DNA of 62,479 nucleotides, filler included, from Stramenopiles sp. TOSAG23-3 (GCA_900128585.1; 8 parts of 8 records of this genome joined end to end with filler, not necessarily neighbours in it); one strand, 5' to 3'; counted from the first letter of the whole stretch, positions 10,368-20,893 are shown. Numbers and translations are program-made. The notes: generated by a model from the letters alone, not told the origin.

Positions 10368-11273
10368 TTGCAGTCACTGGATGACCCTGAGTGCAGTTTT
10401 CTCACAGATTTTTCTAAATTAGAAAATATAAACCTTGAGAACAACAACATAAACTCGCTGATAGTGTCTGCCCAAACGGTGTCTTTGACACAGGGGCGTT
10501 CGTATCAGCTATTTCTCCAGGGGAACCCTCTGGCGAGCTTGACGATTGATCAGATTACTGATACTCAGCAGCTAAGAAAGTATTTTGATTATTTTGTCTG
10601 GCCAATTACATTGCGCAATTTAATCTTTCGGGGCTGCCGTTTCTCAAATTTACTATCAAGCCTTCTGCCATGGCCAACACCGTTTACAGAGATGCGGAGC
10701 GTAAAATTTTATGGATGTGTGGTGGAAGGTGACCTGTCTGCTATTTCCCACTTTCCAAAACTTGAAACGTTGTATGCCAGCGGCAACGATGTGACAGGAA
10801 ATCTGGATTTTCTCAGGAACATGAAAGCATTGAAGTTCATATACGTGGACCAAAACCCTCTTTCAGGTAACTTGTCCGTGTTTATGGGCCATTCCGCGGC
10901 TGTGATAATTGATGCCGAACGCACCCAAATGACGGGAACGTTAAAAGGAGTAAGCCATTTGAAGAACTTACGTGGATTGTATGTTGGGCACAATCGTCTC
11001 AGTGGCACGTTGGAGCCTATCCAGAACTTATCCTCATTGATGCGATTAACAGTTGACAATAACAATATAACCGGCAGCATTGATCCGATTGCCGACATAA
11101 AACACTTGGTGTATGCTCGACTGAACAACAATCGGCTGACGGGCACGATCGATAAAATTTGCAAAGCTGACCAGTCCAACTTACTGTGGTTGAACTTGAA
11201 GGAAAACAAACTGCATGGTCGAAAGAATTGTTCCGTTAGTCTAAATGAAAGTAGCGCAACGCTATTGTTGTAA
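10368..11273 (+). CDS. Leucine-rich repeat protein (plant-type LxxLxLxxNxL(S/T)G repeats); 5' end unresolved
   Basis: Repeats 'LETLYASGNDVTGNL', 'LRGLYVGHNRLSGTL', 'LMRLTVDNNNITGSI', 'LVYARLNNNRLTGTI'. The track start is TTG; the frame is open back to a TAA at 10275 with no ATG, so an upstream exon or decay is likely. Confidence 0.8.
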   Translation: MQSLDDPECSFLTDFSKLENINLENNNINSLIVSAQTVSLTQGRSYQLFLQGNPLASLTIDQITDTQQLRKYFDYFVWPITLRNLIFRGCRFSNLLSSLLPWPTPFTEMRSVKFYGCVVEGDLSAISHFPKLETLYASGNDVTGNLDFLRNMKALKFIYVDQNPLSGNLSVFMGHSAAVIIDAERTQMTGTLKGVSHLKNLRGLYVGHNRLSGTLEPIQNLSSLMRLTVDNNNITGSIDPIADIKHLVYARLNNNRLTGTIDKICKADQSNLLWLNLKENKLHGRKNCSVSLNESSATLLL

Positions 11274-11794
11274 GTAAAATAAAAACAAAAAATTGGTGCT
11301 GTTAGTTATTTTGTTAAGTGATTGTAAAAACAAGGAACTTTTTATTTTTCGTTACAAACACTTGAATCCAACACTTGTGCCTTTCTTGCCTCCCAATATG
11401 CTGTAACTGGAGCGTCGCCGTCCATTTTGGAGTTGCAAGTAGAAGCGCCCACTGAATAAAGGTGCAATCGAAAGTCTTCGTGTATGACGTGACCCGTTCA
11501 CAGAAGATAGCCTCGATTTCACAGGCCTTCCTTAAATAAACGCCCTCCGCCCTAAAAAAGGCTCTGTCTTTGTAAAAGTACAAGCCCGACATATAGGACG
11601 TCTTTTCTTTTTCTTGTGGGAGCTGGGAGCCAATATCGTAACAACAGCGATGTATTTATAGCAAAATAACACTACTAAATGAATTGTACTTGATACAGGA
11701 GAGTCGTCTCGATCGATCGGTTGCTTTCGAAGGCTGGGCCCGGCAATGTGATACATTTTTCTTCCGACGAGGAAATGTAGGACTTTAATATAAA

Positions 11795-11820
11795 CTCATA
11801 TACCGCGAAAATGAATACTT
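11795..11820 (-). repeat. Isolated internal module A of the palindromic repeat family
   Basis: ctcatataccgcgaaaatgaat is the reverse complement of attcattttcgcggtatatgag at ~9432-9453. Confidence 0.7.
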
Positions 11821-11836
11821 GAATCGAGAACTTTAG

Positions 11837-12010
11837 ACAGTCGTCGACGCGGACGTTCCTTTGGCCGAAATATTTGCAAGGTACTCGACGGACCTGCGAT
11901 CGGCGACACAGAGAAAGGGAGAATTCTCCAAGGAGTATACGGCCAACATGCCAGTCAACAAATCTGTGCAGAACGATTTAATTAAAGAGTTTCAGAATAC
12001 CAAACGGTAA
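11837..12010 (+). pseudogene. GFM1: C-terminal (domain V) fragment of elongation factor G, mitochondrial EF-G1-like
   Basis: My translation TVVDADVPLAEIFARYSTDLRSATQRKGEFSKEYTANMPVNKSVQNDLIKEFQNTKR* matches the EF-G motif VPLxEMFGYSTDLRSxTQGKGEFSMEY with substitutions at conserved sites. No upstream EF-G sequence is visible. Confidence 0.8.
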
Positions 12011-12155
12011 AAAATAGGGCAGCGAGAGTGCTTGGTGCGTGTAAAATGCATGAGAGGAAACAAAAAACTGCTAAATGTCGTAGTTACATTTTTAGTTTAG
12101 CAGGCAAAAAGAAGTGCGATAATTAATGCTTAGAGATCCTTGAGTTTAAGATTTC

Positions 12156-13718
12156 TTACGCGTACAAATCTGTCTCGCTGGATGCTCCCTCCTTGTGAAT
12201 CTTTGGTATGTCACTCCCGTAGTTCAGGGACTTCACGATGTGTTTATGCGCGTCGCTCTTTCGCACGGCACGGGGGTGTACATCCTTTGCGCTCGTCACG
12301 CACTCTTCGTCGTCGTCAGAAGAAGAAAATGCAGAAGCCTGGGATGGGTAACCATCCCCCGCATCATCGTCTTCGTTGCCCTCGTCTTCTTCATCGTCGC
12401 TCAGGAGCGAAACGGGGCGAGCGTTAGAGCCTCCCGCACGTTGATTTTGCGGAGACGGAGAATCAACATCGTCCGCCACTTGGGTTTGTGCAACTTCGTT
12501 AGTGTTTTCGCCCCCAACGCCATTTAACTCAACGACAGTCTCTTCCTTTCTTTTTGTTTCAGCTTCTTTTTCTTTCTGGGCTTTTTCTTGCTCGGCTTGC
12601 TCGGTAAGGCGTACCATCGCTTGCTCATCAACGATGTGTTGAAATGCTGAGAGTTGCTTCATCTTCTGTTTCTTTTCAGACCCTTCACGAGGAAGTCCTG
12701 GAGAGCTTCGCTTTTTCAGGTTTTGGTTCAAACCTCCATCGCCGGGGTCTGAGGTGATACTGTTTCGGTATGCACTCGACATAATGCCGTCCTGGTTGGT
12801 AGGTTCACTGGGGTCGTCGATTTCCATCGGCTGGCCTAGGGCGTTTTCGTCGCCATGGGCATCAGGACCCGTAAGGTCGTCGTTTGCCGCGTTTTGAGTT
12901 CTCGCCAACTCTTCCACGCCCATCAGCTCTTGCCCATGTTCTGCTGCGTGCTCTTCCATGGGCGCAGACTGTACGACCCTCTCGGCAACGTTGGGGTCTG
13001 GACGTGGGGCGGGGCAATTGAATTCGGAGGAGGAGGGCGCACCATGCAAGTGCGCCACGATGTTCTGTACCTCGACCATGTTGTGCTGTGGCGTGTGCTG
13101 TTCCTCGACCGTGTCATTTCGGCGGATACGGGATTCCTGGACCGTGACGTGTTGTTGCATACGTTCCTGATAGTCTGCGCCGTTCTGGCCGACCTCGCTG
13201 TTTTCGAGCATATGGTTTACGCGCAGCAAGCTTTCGTTATTATTGTCGACCGTATCGTCACGGGACGAGTCGTCGTCGAGTGCGCCCAAGCGTTTGGATC
13301 CACCAATGAACCGTCGACATATACAGTCGCAGAAGAACACGCGGTTCATAATTATGGAATATCCATGTAACATTGACAGAGAGATGAGCGCTAATGACGC
13401 TATCGTACTAAAGTGGTCGAGTAGTGGTTCCGGACGTAGCAAGTTACGAACCAACCCCATGAATAGGTGGGAGGCGTTTTGTAGATGCTGCGAGACTATT
13501 TCGCAGCTTGCAGGGGCTTCATTGTAGAGAGCTCGAGTTTTACAAGCTAAATGATCCCATGACATCAATGTTACTGCAAAAAGAAACAATGCTACATTAA
13601 ATCCAGAGATCATGGTTTTTATCCACGACAAGGCTACATTAAACCCCGAGATCATGGTTTCTATCCGCGTTTTAAGGCAGAGGAATCCACGGTGGTTTGA
13701 CAGGTCTTGGCTTTGCAT
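12156..13718 (-). CDS. Hypothetical protein with hydrophobic N-terminus and long acidic/disordered C-terminus
   Basis: 520-aa ORF. An internal 42-bp duplication carries synonymous changes in this frame. The stop lies in a GC|GTAAGA donor-like site, so a further exon is possible. Confidence 0.7.
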   Translation of the reverse strand: MQSQDLSNHRGFLCLKTRIETMISGFNVALSWIKTMISGFNVALFLFAVTLMSWDHLACKTRALYNEAPASCEIVSQHLQNASHLFMGLVRNLLRPEPLLDHFSTIASLALISLSMLHGYSIIMNRVFFCDCICRRFIGGSKRLGALDDDSSRDDTVDNNNESLLRVNHMLENSEVGQNGADYQERMQQHVTVQESRIRRNDTVEEQHTPQHNMVEVQNIVAHLHGAPSSSEFNCPAPRPDPNVAERVVQSAPMEEHAAEHGQELMGVEELARTQNAANDDLTGPDAHGDENALGQPMEIDDPSEPTNQDGIMSSAYRNSITSDPGDGGLNQNLKKRSSPGLPREGSEKKQKMKQLSAFQHIVDEQAMVRLTEQAEQEKAQKEKEAETKRKEETVVELNGVGGENTNEVAQTQVADDVDSPSPQNQRAGGSNARPVSLLSDDEEDEGNEDDDAGDGYPSQASAFSSSDDDEECVTSAKDVHPRAVRKSDAHKHIVKSLNYGSDIPKIHKEGASSETDLYA

Positions 13719-14492
13719 CTCGTTGGCTGATGCGAGTGCTACTTGCGCGTCGTAAAGTATTTAAATCGGAGCGTTTGGTTTGTAATAGTTAAACTTTTAT
13801 GCTACTGTGTAGAAATAAAAGTTGTTTAAAGTTGTTTGAAACTGTTGTGCTGAAATTGTTTGAAACTATATTGAAAGTTTTCTTTTTCATTAAATTGTAT
13901 TGAGTCTCGTTTCGTTTGTTCTTTCTCTTCGTTGAAATAAAGAAAAAGAATGAATATAGAAGAAGGAGGAGGAGGAGAGAGGAGTGGGGGAGAAAGAAGA
14001 AGAATATACATATAATCATCATAAACATTTGAACACTTCTTCTTTATCCCAATAATTATAGCATAGCAATAACGAAGGAATGGGGAGAAGAAAAAAAAAG
14101 AAGAAAAATAAGTTCTTACCTGTAAGGTAATATACATAATAGATTCAAAATATATTTATAATTTTCTTGATATTATAATGTCTATAAAAACAAACAGTAT
14201 GAATACATTAATTATATAAGTAAATATCATTAATTTATAATACTTATAGCTTCATTTTTTTTTCAGAAGGTTTGCGAGTGCGTGTCGTCCATTACATATA
14301 TATAGCATTACATATACATAATATTGAGATAGCATCTTGATTTTTGAGTTTTTTATTTTTTTTTAGAAAAAAGAAAAAACCGGGATTTGACATTGATCAA
14401 ATTTATATGCACACAGCAAGACCCGTTACCTACCGTAGTACCAGTAGTCTAAATGAAACAAAATTAAATTTACAAATGGAAACGCATTTTTG

Positions 14493-16628
14493 TCAAGGGC
14501 ACCTCACATTTTCTTTCTGCTGGTCTCCACCCTGCTGCATCAGCTTCTTCAAATTCGACCGTACACCCTCGGATTTTTTCAGACGTTTACGAGCTTTAAA
14601 GGGGCTCCAAGAAGAGCTCTGACCTTCGGCCTTCTTGCGAAGCTGTCGGCTGTGAAGTTCGGCCCGTGCATGTTGCAGGGCTTCGGCCCATTCCCTAAGC
14701 GATGGCTCCCCTTTAAGATTGTCAACGCCCCCCAGCACTTCCAGGGAATACAGCGTTGATCTTCGCCGGCTCTGTTTCTCGTGCAAGCGGCGCAGGAGTA
14801 CACTGTGCTGGTTTGCCATGGTCAGCTCGAGGACTTGGTACTTTCTTGTGCTGGAATCCACCACTTTAATGTGTGTTATGTGCCGCAGAGAAAACTTTCG
14901 AAGTTTTTTCCATGAGCTCTTGTAAAAGACGGACGAGCCTTTCAGGGTAAAGTGGCGAACGTGCCATGAATGAATTATCCCATGCTCTTGCCGTTTTTCA
15001 AGCAACCCAGAAATCTTTGGACTCAAGGATAGGTCTGGGTCTGACATTGCTACGTCTTCCCCGGCATGAGTAATAATGGCAAAGGCGTCCTCGACATGAG
15101 TCCCGATGGTGTGCGCCACAGTGTTGGTGGTTTCGGCGGCGCGCCTTACTTTTCGAAGAACGTTTCGAATCAGATGGGTTTCGCCGTGGACGACGGCCTC
15201 TACCCAGTGCAAAAACTTTTGATCGACACCATGGATGATGTCTCCGAGCGCATGCCCAAGCAAGCTATTCGACTGTAGCAGCCGATACACAAGCCCCCCT
15301 GCAACAGTGTCCAGCAACTCTTTGGCGTTGCAGCCTGGGTCTTTGATCATGGGTTCTATTTCCACCTTGTTCATGCGGTGTGGGCGATTGTCCTCGCAAG
15401 TGGCAGTGCTGCTCCCCCTTTTTTTTTGCCCGTACTGGTCTCTCCAGAGCACTCGCCGATCTTCGCCCCCCCAGTCTTCTTTGAACTGGGACTCCTCGGA
15501 CCCAGTGTAGCCGACAAAAAGGTCTCGGATATGAACGTGGACATCCCGCAACGTGATCCGGCCCACTTTGAAGAGGATCGGGCAGTGTCGCCACAACCGC
15601 CAGCTCGCGGTCTTCTTTTCATCCTCTTCCCCCAACAGATCCATTTGTTCCAGCGCTGACATTTTTTCAGGCTTGTACTGCTCTCCCCACGGATGGGCGC
15701 GGTACACCCACTCCGCCTCCAGGTTTAGCATAGCGCCTTCGACGGGGAGGTAATCCTCGTCCAGCAACTGGACCCACCCGCAAACAGGCTTGTTCGTCAC
15801 TAGGTATTTTACCGTGCAAAAATAGTGGCCCAAAAACGAGTCCATAAACATTCCTTCCGACTCAATTTCAACGTTTAAGAGGGTGTTTGGGTCGTCACAG
15901 AAAAACTCGTGCTCCTCTCCCCAGGCCGGGTCACTGCCGCGGCCGACCCCTGACTTTTCTCGCTGCTGACGGCACTTGACGACACAGTACGAATGGTCTT
16001 CGCTGATCCCTTTCGCGCCGATAACTTTCACGCGAAGACAATTTGGCAGCCGCCCCGGATCGATGCCGTGCAGGGCGGACAGCTCCTTCTCTGCCAGCGT
16101 TCGACCAAAGTGAATCGAATTCAGCCTTTGCTTGCAGTACTCAAAGCGTATGTGGACGTTTTCAAATTCGATGCAGTTAATATTCACGACCCCGTAGTAT
16201 GGCGCTTTGTTGCCTTCTTGAAGCCCAAGCGGCGCCGTCTTCGCCCGGCCCTTCCAGCATACAGCGCAAATGGTTTTTATTGAGCCTAGCGCCATCGACA
16301 ACCCAAGCTTCAAGTGCCGGGTCGAGACGAACTCCCGGTGAACAAAACCTGGCGGATTCCCCAGAACCACCTTCTCCGTCTCAACGGAGACTCTCACCTC
16401 GCCGTTGTCCAGCCACACGCGCAAGAACGTCGGACCAAACACCATCGGGTGGCCATGAAACACAACGTTCGTCATCAACCAAGATAAAAACTTACCAATC
16501 AAATGCTGGGATGTGCAGTAGCCATAAACGCATGCCAAAAACAGCAACAAGTAGACCCGCTGAGAGTACACCAAGATGGCACCGACGGCCAACAACACCC
16601 GCGGGGTTGCACCTGTCAATTGGTCCAT
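14493..16628 (-). CDS. N-terminal TM + AsmA-like segment + C2 domain + PH domain protein
   Basis: C2 'LRVKVIGAKGI..SYCVVKC..SDPAWGEEHEF..LNVEIESEGMFMDSFLG'; PH 'SGLLEKRQEHGIIHSWHVRHFTLKGSSVFY...LREWAEAL'. First ATG (MDQLTG) at 16628. Confidence 0.8.
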   Translation of the reverse strand: MDQLTGATPRVLLAVGAILVYSQRVYLLLFLACVYGYCTSQHLIGKFLSWLMTNVVFHGHPMVFGPTFLRVWLDNGEVRVSVETEKVVLGNPPGFVHREFVSTRHLKLGLSMALGSIKTICAVCWKGRAKTAPLGLQEGNKAPYYGVVNINCIEFENVHIRFEYCKQRLNSIHFGRTLAEKELSALHGIDPGRLPNCLRVKVIGAKGISEDHSYCVVKCRQQREKSGVGRGSDPAWGEEHEFFCDDPNTLLNVEIESEGMFMDSFLGHYFCTVKYLVTNKPVCGWVQLLDEDYLPVEGAMLNLEAEWVYRAHPWGEQYKPEKMSALEQMDLLGEEDEKKTASWRLWRHCPILFKVGRITLRDVHVHIRDLFVGYTGSEESQFKEDWGGEDRRVLWRDQYGQKKRGSSTATCEDNRPHRMNKVEIEPMIKDPGCNAKELLDTVAGGLVYRLLQSNSLLGHALGDIIHGVDQKFLHWVEAVVHGETHLIRNVLRKVRRAAETTNTVAHTIGTHVEDAFAIITHAGEDVAMSDPDLSLSPKISGLLEKRQEHGIIHSWHVRHFTLKGSSVFYKSSWKKLRKFSLRHITHIKVVDSSTRKYQVLELTMANQHSVLLRRLHEKQSRRRSTLYSLEVLGGVDNLKGEPSLREWAEALQHARAELHSRQLRKKAEGQSSSWSPFKARKRLKKSEGVRSNLKKLMQQGGDQQKENVRCP

Positions 16629-17153
16629 CCTGTAGCAAAACCCGAAACAAAACACCGAATGCGAGAAATTCCAGCTGGGCAATCCGAACCGATCGTGCGG
16701 ATTGTGATAATTCTACAAAATTGGGGTAAAAAAATCACCTGTATGTATTTGTAACACATACAAAGTATGCATTAATTTTGTATAGAAACAGGAGTAGAAG
16801 AAACGACATCATCATTGGCATCAAAAAATAATAATAAATAATCACAAAAAAAAAAAAAAAGATTATTTGTTTTTTTTTTGCACGGATGATGATGATGATG
16901 ATGGTGATATTATTAATATTATTTATTGGTGGTATTTAATAATAATATTTATTATTTTATAATATAATAATAGCAGCGAAGAAGAAGAAGGAGGATCTTG
17001 GATCTTGGATCGGGCCAATAATGCTGCTTTTGATTTTGTATTATTGATCAACCAAGAACACCACCAAGTTCGTTATTCGTTATTAGGGTCGGTAGAATTA
17101 TCATTACTTTATTTTTAATCGAGAAGAGACGATGCTCCTCAACATTTCTCGCA

Positions 17154-18932
17154 TTACATGGCATAGCTTTGCCCATCCCCAGTGATCCCATTGAAGATGT
17201 ACGTATTGTTCAATGGAACATATTGGCAAGTGATGAGTTTCACGGCTTCTTGGGCAGTGATCCCGCCGATGAAGGAAGCAATGTTATGAATTTCGCACGC
17301 CCCGTAGCGCGTCATTTCCACGGCATGGTTTTCGGTTATGGGGGGGGCGGTCTCTTCAAATCCTATCTCTGAGCTGGTCTGCTTGGCGATTGCAAACAGC
17401 CTTGCGGCGTCGGCGGCGAGCTGGGAGTTTCTCGTCCCTGGGTAAAACCCGTTCTGGGCCTCAAACCGCTGCGCGGCACGGTACATCAGGTACCAGTTCG
17501 CGCAGCACTGCTCTGGAAGGTAGGAGTCGTCCATGGACTTCATCATGATGTCCATCTGCAGGGACCCGAGGGTGGGGATGTCCCCGTCCTCGTCTCGGGC
17601 CAAGTTGCACTCGTCCTCTATGTCCCTGTGGCGGAGCACCTGGATGAACTCGGCGTTCTTGCAAAACAACTTGACGGCCCCCTCGACCGTCTCGGCGTAC
17701 GGGAAGGCGACCACGGACGCTTCGTCTATGTCGGCCGAGTTGAAGATGGCCCGGACGCGGCCCAGCACGTTCTCGTAATCCTGCCTCGCCTTGTCCCCGT
17801 AAACCTTCTGCATTGCTATGTACATGTCGCTCGAGGCCGTCATGTCCGGCACCGACCCGTTGAGTGGGACACTCCCGTCGCCGTCCTCGACGAACTCTTT
17901 CAGGGCACGAGCAATGACCCAGAACAGCTTCGTCAACGGGGTGGTGGCCGCGGCCTTGGGGTCGGCAAGGACCTGCTGGGCCTCGTACGGGACGCCGCGC
18001 TTCACGTGGGCCGTGAAGGAGAACTTGCGCGCTTCTTCGTAGTTTATTTCCCGTCCCCAGCACGGCTTTTCAACCCCAATCGTCGCCACCGCCTCTTCCG
18101 GGGATATGCCAGCCCCGACCTGGGCCTGGTACTCGTCCGTCTTCTCGTACGCTGCCAGCTTCTTGCTGTAGGCCCGCCGCTGGTAGTCCAACGAAGCCTC
18201 CACAATCATCTGCTTGAACTCTTCCTTTTCGTGGGCCGTCTTTGCCAGCTCCCCGCCGTGCGCTTTCCGCCACACCTGCGCCAGCTGCAGCAGGACCACC
18301 GCGTACGGGACGTGGCCATGTTCGTGTTCTTGCATCGTCTCCAAACCGATGCTTTCGGAGAACTCCAGCAGCTCTGGCCAGGGGTTCGCCAGCCTAAGGT
18401 CTTCTAACGGCGTCGGCTCCGGCTTCGCCTCCACGATGCAGTGTTCCGGGACGCAGCAACGGACGTACCCGAGGAGCCCATACGAGTGCGCCAGGACAAG
18501 GGGGATGCCCGCTGCGGTACAGATCTTCGCAAGGCCTCTTGCCGACCCTTCGCGGAGCTGCGTTCCTATGACTATCGAGAAAGCGCTGAAAAATGACGGC
18601 TCGTTCGAGATCAGATCGGACGGCTGGACCTGCAACGCCGTGCAGTTCTGGACGTCGGGGTTCATCTCCTGGAGCAGGTCGGCGACGACTTGGGCCCGTG
18701 GATGCCCAAGCGATTTTGGGGACACAAAAAAATTGTTTGCCAGGTCGGCCTCTTCGACTAAATAAGGGTCGACGATGGTGACGTCCCCGCACCCGGGAAG
18801 GACTAGGTTCTTCAACGATTCCGAACCGGTCGGTCCTACATTCAAGACGCATATTTTCGACGTGGCCAGCGCGCGCTGCCCGTGCACACCCCACAAACGC
18901 AACTGCCTATCGTATTTATTATCTGTTGCCAT
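17154..18932 (-). CDS. NAE1: NEDD8-activating enzyme E1 regulatory subunit (APPBP1/ULA1/AXR1)
   Basis: 'KYDRQLRLWGVHGQRAL', 'ESLKNLVLPG', 'DLRLANPWPEL', 'HGHVPY', 'GSVPDMTA', 'EIHNIASFIGGITAQEAVKLITCQYVPLNNTYIFNG'. Confidence 0.96.
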   Translation of the reverse strand: MATDNKYDRQLRLWGVHGQRALATSKICVLNVGPTGSESLKNLVLPGCGDVTIVDPYLVEEADLANNFFVSPKSLGHPRAQVVADLLQEMNPDVQNCTALQVQPSDLISNEPSFFSAFSIVIGTQLREGSARGLAKICTAAGIPLVLAHSYGLLGYVRCCVPEHCIVEAKPEPTPLEDLRLANPWPELLEFSESIGLETMQEHEHGHVPYAVVLLQLAQVWRKAHGGELAKTAHEKEEFKQMIVEASLDYQRRAYSKKLAAYEKTDEYQAQVGAGISPEEAVATIGVEKPCWGREINYEEARKFSFTAHVKRGVPYEAQQVLADPKAAATTPLTKLFWVIARALKEFVEDGDGSVPLNGSVPDMTASSDMYIAMQKVYGDKARQDYENVLGRVRAIFNSADIDEASVVAFPYAETVEGAVKLFCKNAEFIQVLRHRDIEDECNLARDEDGDIPTLGSLQMDIMMKSMDDSYLPEQCCANWYLMYRAAQRFEAQNGFYPGTRNSQLAADAARLFAIAKQTSSEIGFEETAPPITENHAVEMTRYGACEIHNIASFIGGITAQEAVKLITCQYVPLNNTYIFNGITGDGQSYAM

Positions 18933-19683
18933 GACGAACGGTGCGTTCAAGTCGAAACACGCTCACACACTTGAATATAAATCAAACAAGAAACATACAT
19001 TAAATCACATTCAAACACATACAAACATATTTTAAATTTATATATACATACACTTTCTTGTATACATTACATGTATGAGATAAACGAAAATTAGGGGCGG
19101 CGGGGCGGCGCATCGATCATCAAAATTATGAAGTACAACTTAAATTGCCAATTACCATGCTCTGCAATATTATATCTTAGTATATAAAACAACATCCCCT
19201 ATTTGAGTGAAAACTAAAAAAAAAAGTTAGATGATTTAATAATAATTATTTTATTTTTTAAATTTTTTATTCATTCCTCCATCTTCTCTTCTTTCTTCTT
19301 CTTCTTTCATCAAATTCAATAAATTATATATTATATATAGGGGAGGAGTAATAAAAGTAAAGAAATTGGTATAGTATTACAGTACAGTATATAATAAAGG
19401 ATGCAATTAATAATTTTAAAGATAGACTACCAAAAGAGGTACTAAAAAGAAACAAATTACATAGAAGAAAATAGAATTTAATTTTAACCTTTGGATCCTT
19501 TGGACCCACCGCCGCGGAAGGAATCATTTTCAGAATCCTATTTGATTTGATAGGAATCAATATCATTCTAAATACTTTATTAAGTATAGTAATAGTGAGA
19601 ATAATCGTCGTGTCAATCATTTAAAAAAAAAACAACAAACTCAATTCCCTCCTCTTTTTTAAATTCCAGATTCAGGATTAAGG

Positions 19684-19783
19684 NNNNNNNNNNNNNNNNN
19701 NNNNNNNNNNNNNNNNNNNNNNNNNNNTTAATTAATTAANNNNNNNNNNNNNNNNNNNNNNNNNNNNNNNNNNNNNNNNNNNN
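19684..19783. other. Artificial contig linker
   Basis: N-TTAATTAATTAA-N, 100 bp. Confidence 0.98.
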
Positions 19784-19862
19784 CGGTGAATTCAAGACTC
19801 CTAAACCAAGTGAAGGGCCAACATTTTTCAAGCGAAATGGTACTTATTATATTTTGCCGGGA
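19784..19862 (+). repeat. 79-bp exact inverted copy of the other end of this contig (29493-29571; GH43 coding sequence)
   Basis: cggtgaattcaagactcc...attttgccggga is the reverse complement of 29493-29571. Confidence 0.95.
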
Positions 19863-19962
19863 CGTCTCCCGCACCGTAAGGGTCACCATGGACCGTTTCT
19901 ACTTTCTGGGCCACCACCTCTGTGGCCGTTTCCACCGGATTTGAAGTCGGTGCCTCAGCCAT
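19863..19962 (-). CDS. Probable 5' end of an unknown gene fused to the inverted GH43 segment
   Basis: MAEAPTSNPVETATEVVAQKVETVHGDPYGAGDVP starts at a GC island after an AT-rich spacer, runs into antisense GH43 sequence and stops at 19828. Confidence 0.45.
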
Positions 19963-20893
19963 GCCTTAAAATCTACCGTTGTCGCGCCTCCTTTGTTTCC
20001 ATTCCCAGCTTATTCTTTTCTTGCTTTGTAGTGTAGAAAGAATTTCTTCGTGCGCTGTTCGTTGTCGGCATGCGCGAAGCAATAGTTTCTGTTGACGCGC
20101 AATTATCTATTTTTTATAAAAAATAATAATAATAATAATATTTTTTTATTATATTATTATTATACTATTAATACTAGCAAGTACCAAGGCACGAACCGGT
20201 AGAACGACTAGTACCGAAGTAATAAATAATACAATACGGAACACGAACAACACAAGGTAATAACGACTATTAAACAAAAAAATCGTCTGATTTAATAGTA
20301 ATAAAAATAAATAATGTCACTCTATATGGATACAGTATATATTCTATATTTAATAATATATATTCGTAGACAACTACTGTACCTCGTAGACGAGACGACT
20401 AGACTAATAATAATACAATGGTGGCTGAGTTATTAGAAGGAAAGAAAGCGCTGTATTATTTATATAGACAGACTAACTAGTCCTAGTATAAGAATGGACT
20501 ATTTTTTCTCCTAATTTCGTTACACCACCAACAGGAAGAAGAAACCGTCAAACACTAATTGGCTGTATTAATTAATAATATCAAATTGTATTTAAATTAT
20601 AATACCGTACTTCCATTCGTTACGGTACGGGTATTATACCCGGTTTGGTCGAAGCAGAAGCAGTCGTCTTCTTCTGATTTTGTTACAACAATCCAAAAGC
20701 CAACTCCGCCCTCTATTATACCGGTTGGTATGGGTACCTACCTGTGTTCATGTTGTTTAGTATTGTATATCCGATCAAGGAGAAACCGAGGGGCTTTCTT
20801 CTTCGACGCTTAGTTCTACCCTATTAAATACTATTTATAATACAAATAATTCTTTCAAGTATAATAAAAATGAAAAAAAAGTGCATTTCTTCT

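Noticed and set aside
13805-14119. Minus-strand UTR intron (CAG|GTAAGA ... tttctacacAG)
   Set aside because: The signals are plausible but cannot be assigned to a transcript, and such sites arise by chance in AT-rich DNA.
17461-18894. Long overlapping or antisense ORFs inside GC-rich genes (also 21878-22810, 59251-60192, 46961-47719)
   Set aside because: Shadow ORFs expected from high GC3 codon bias; no motifs.
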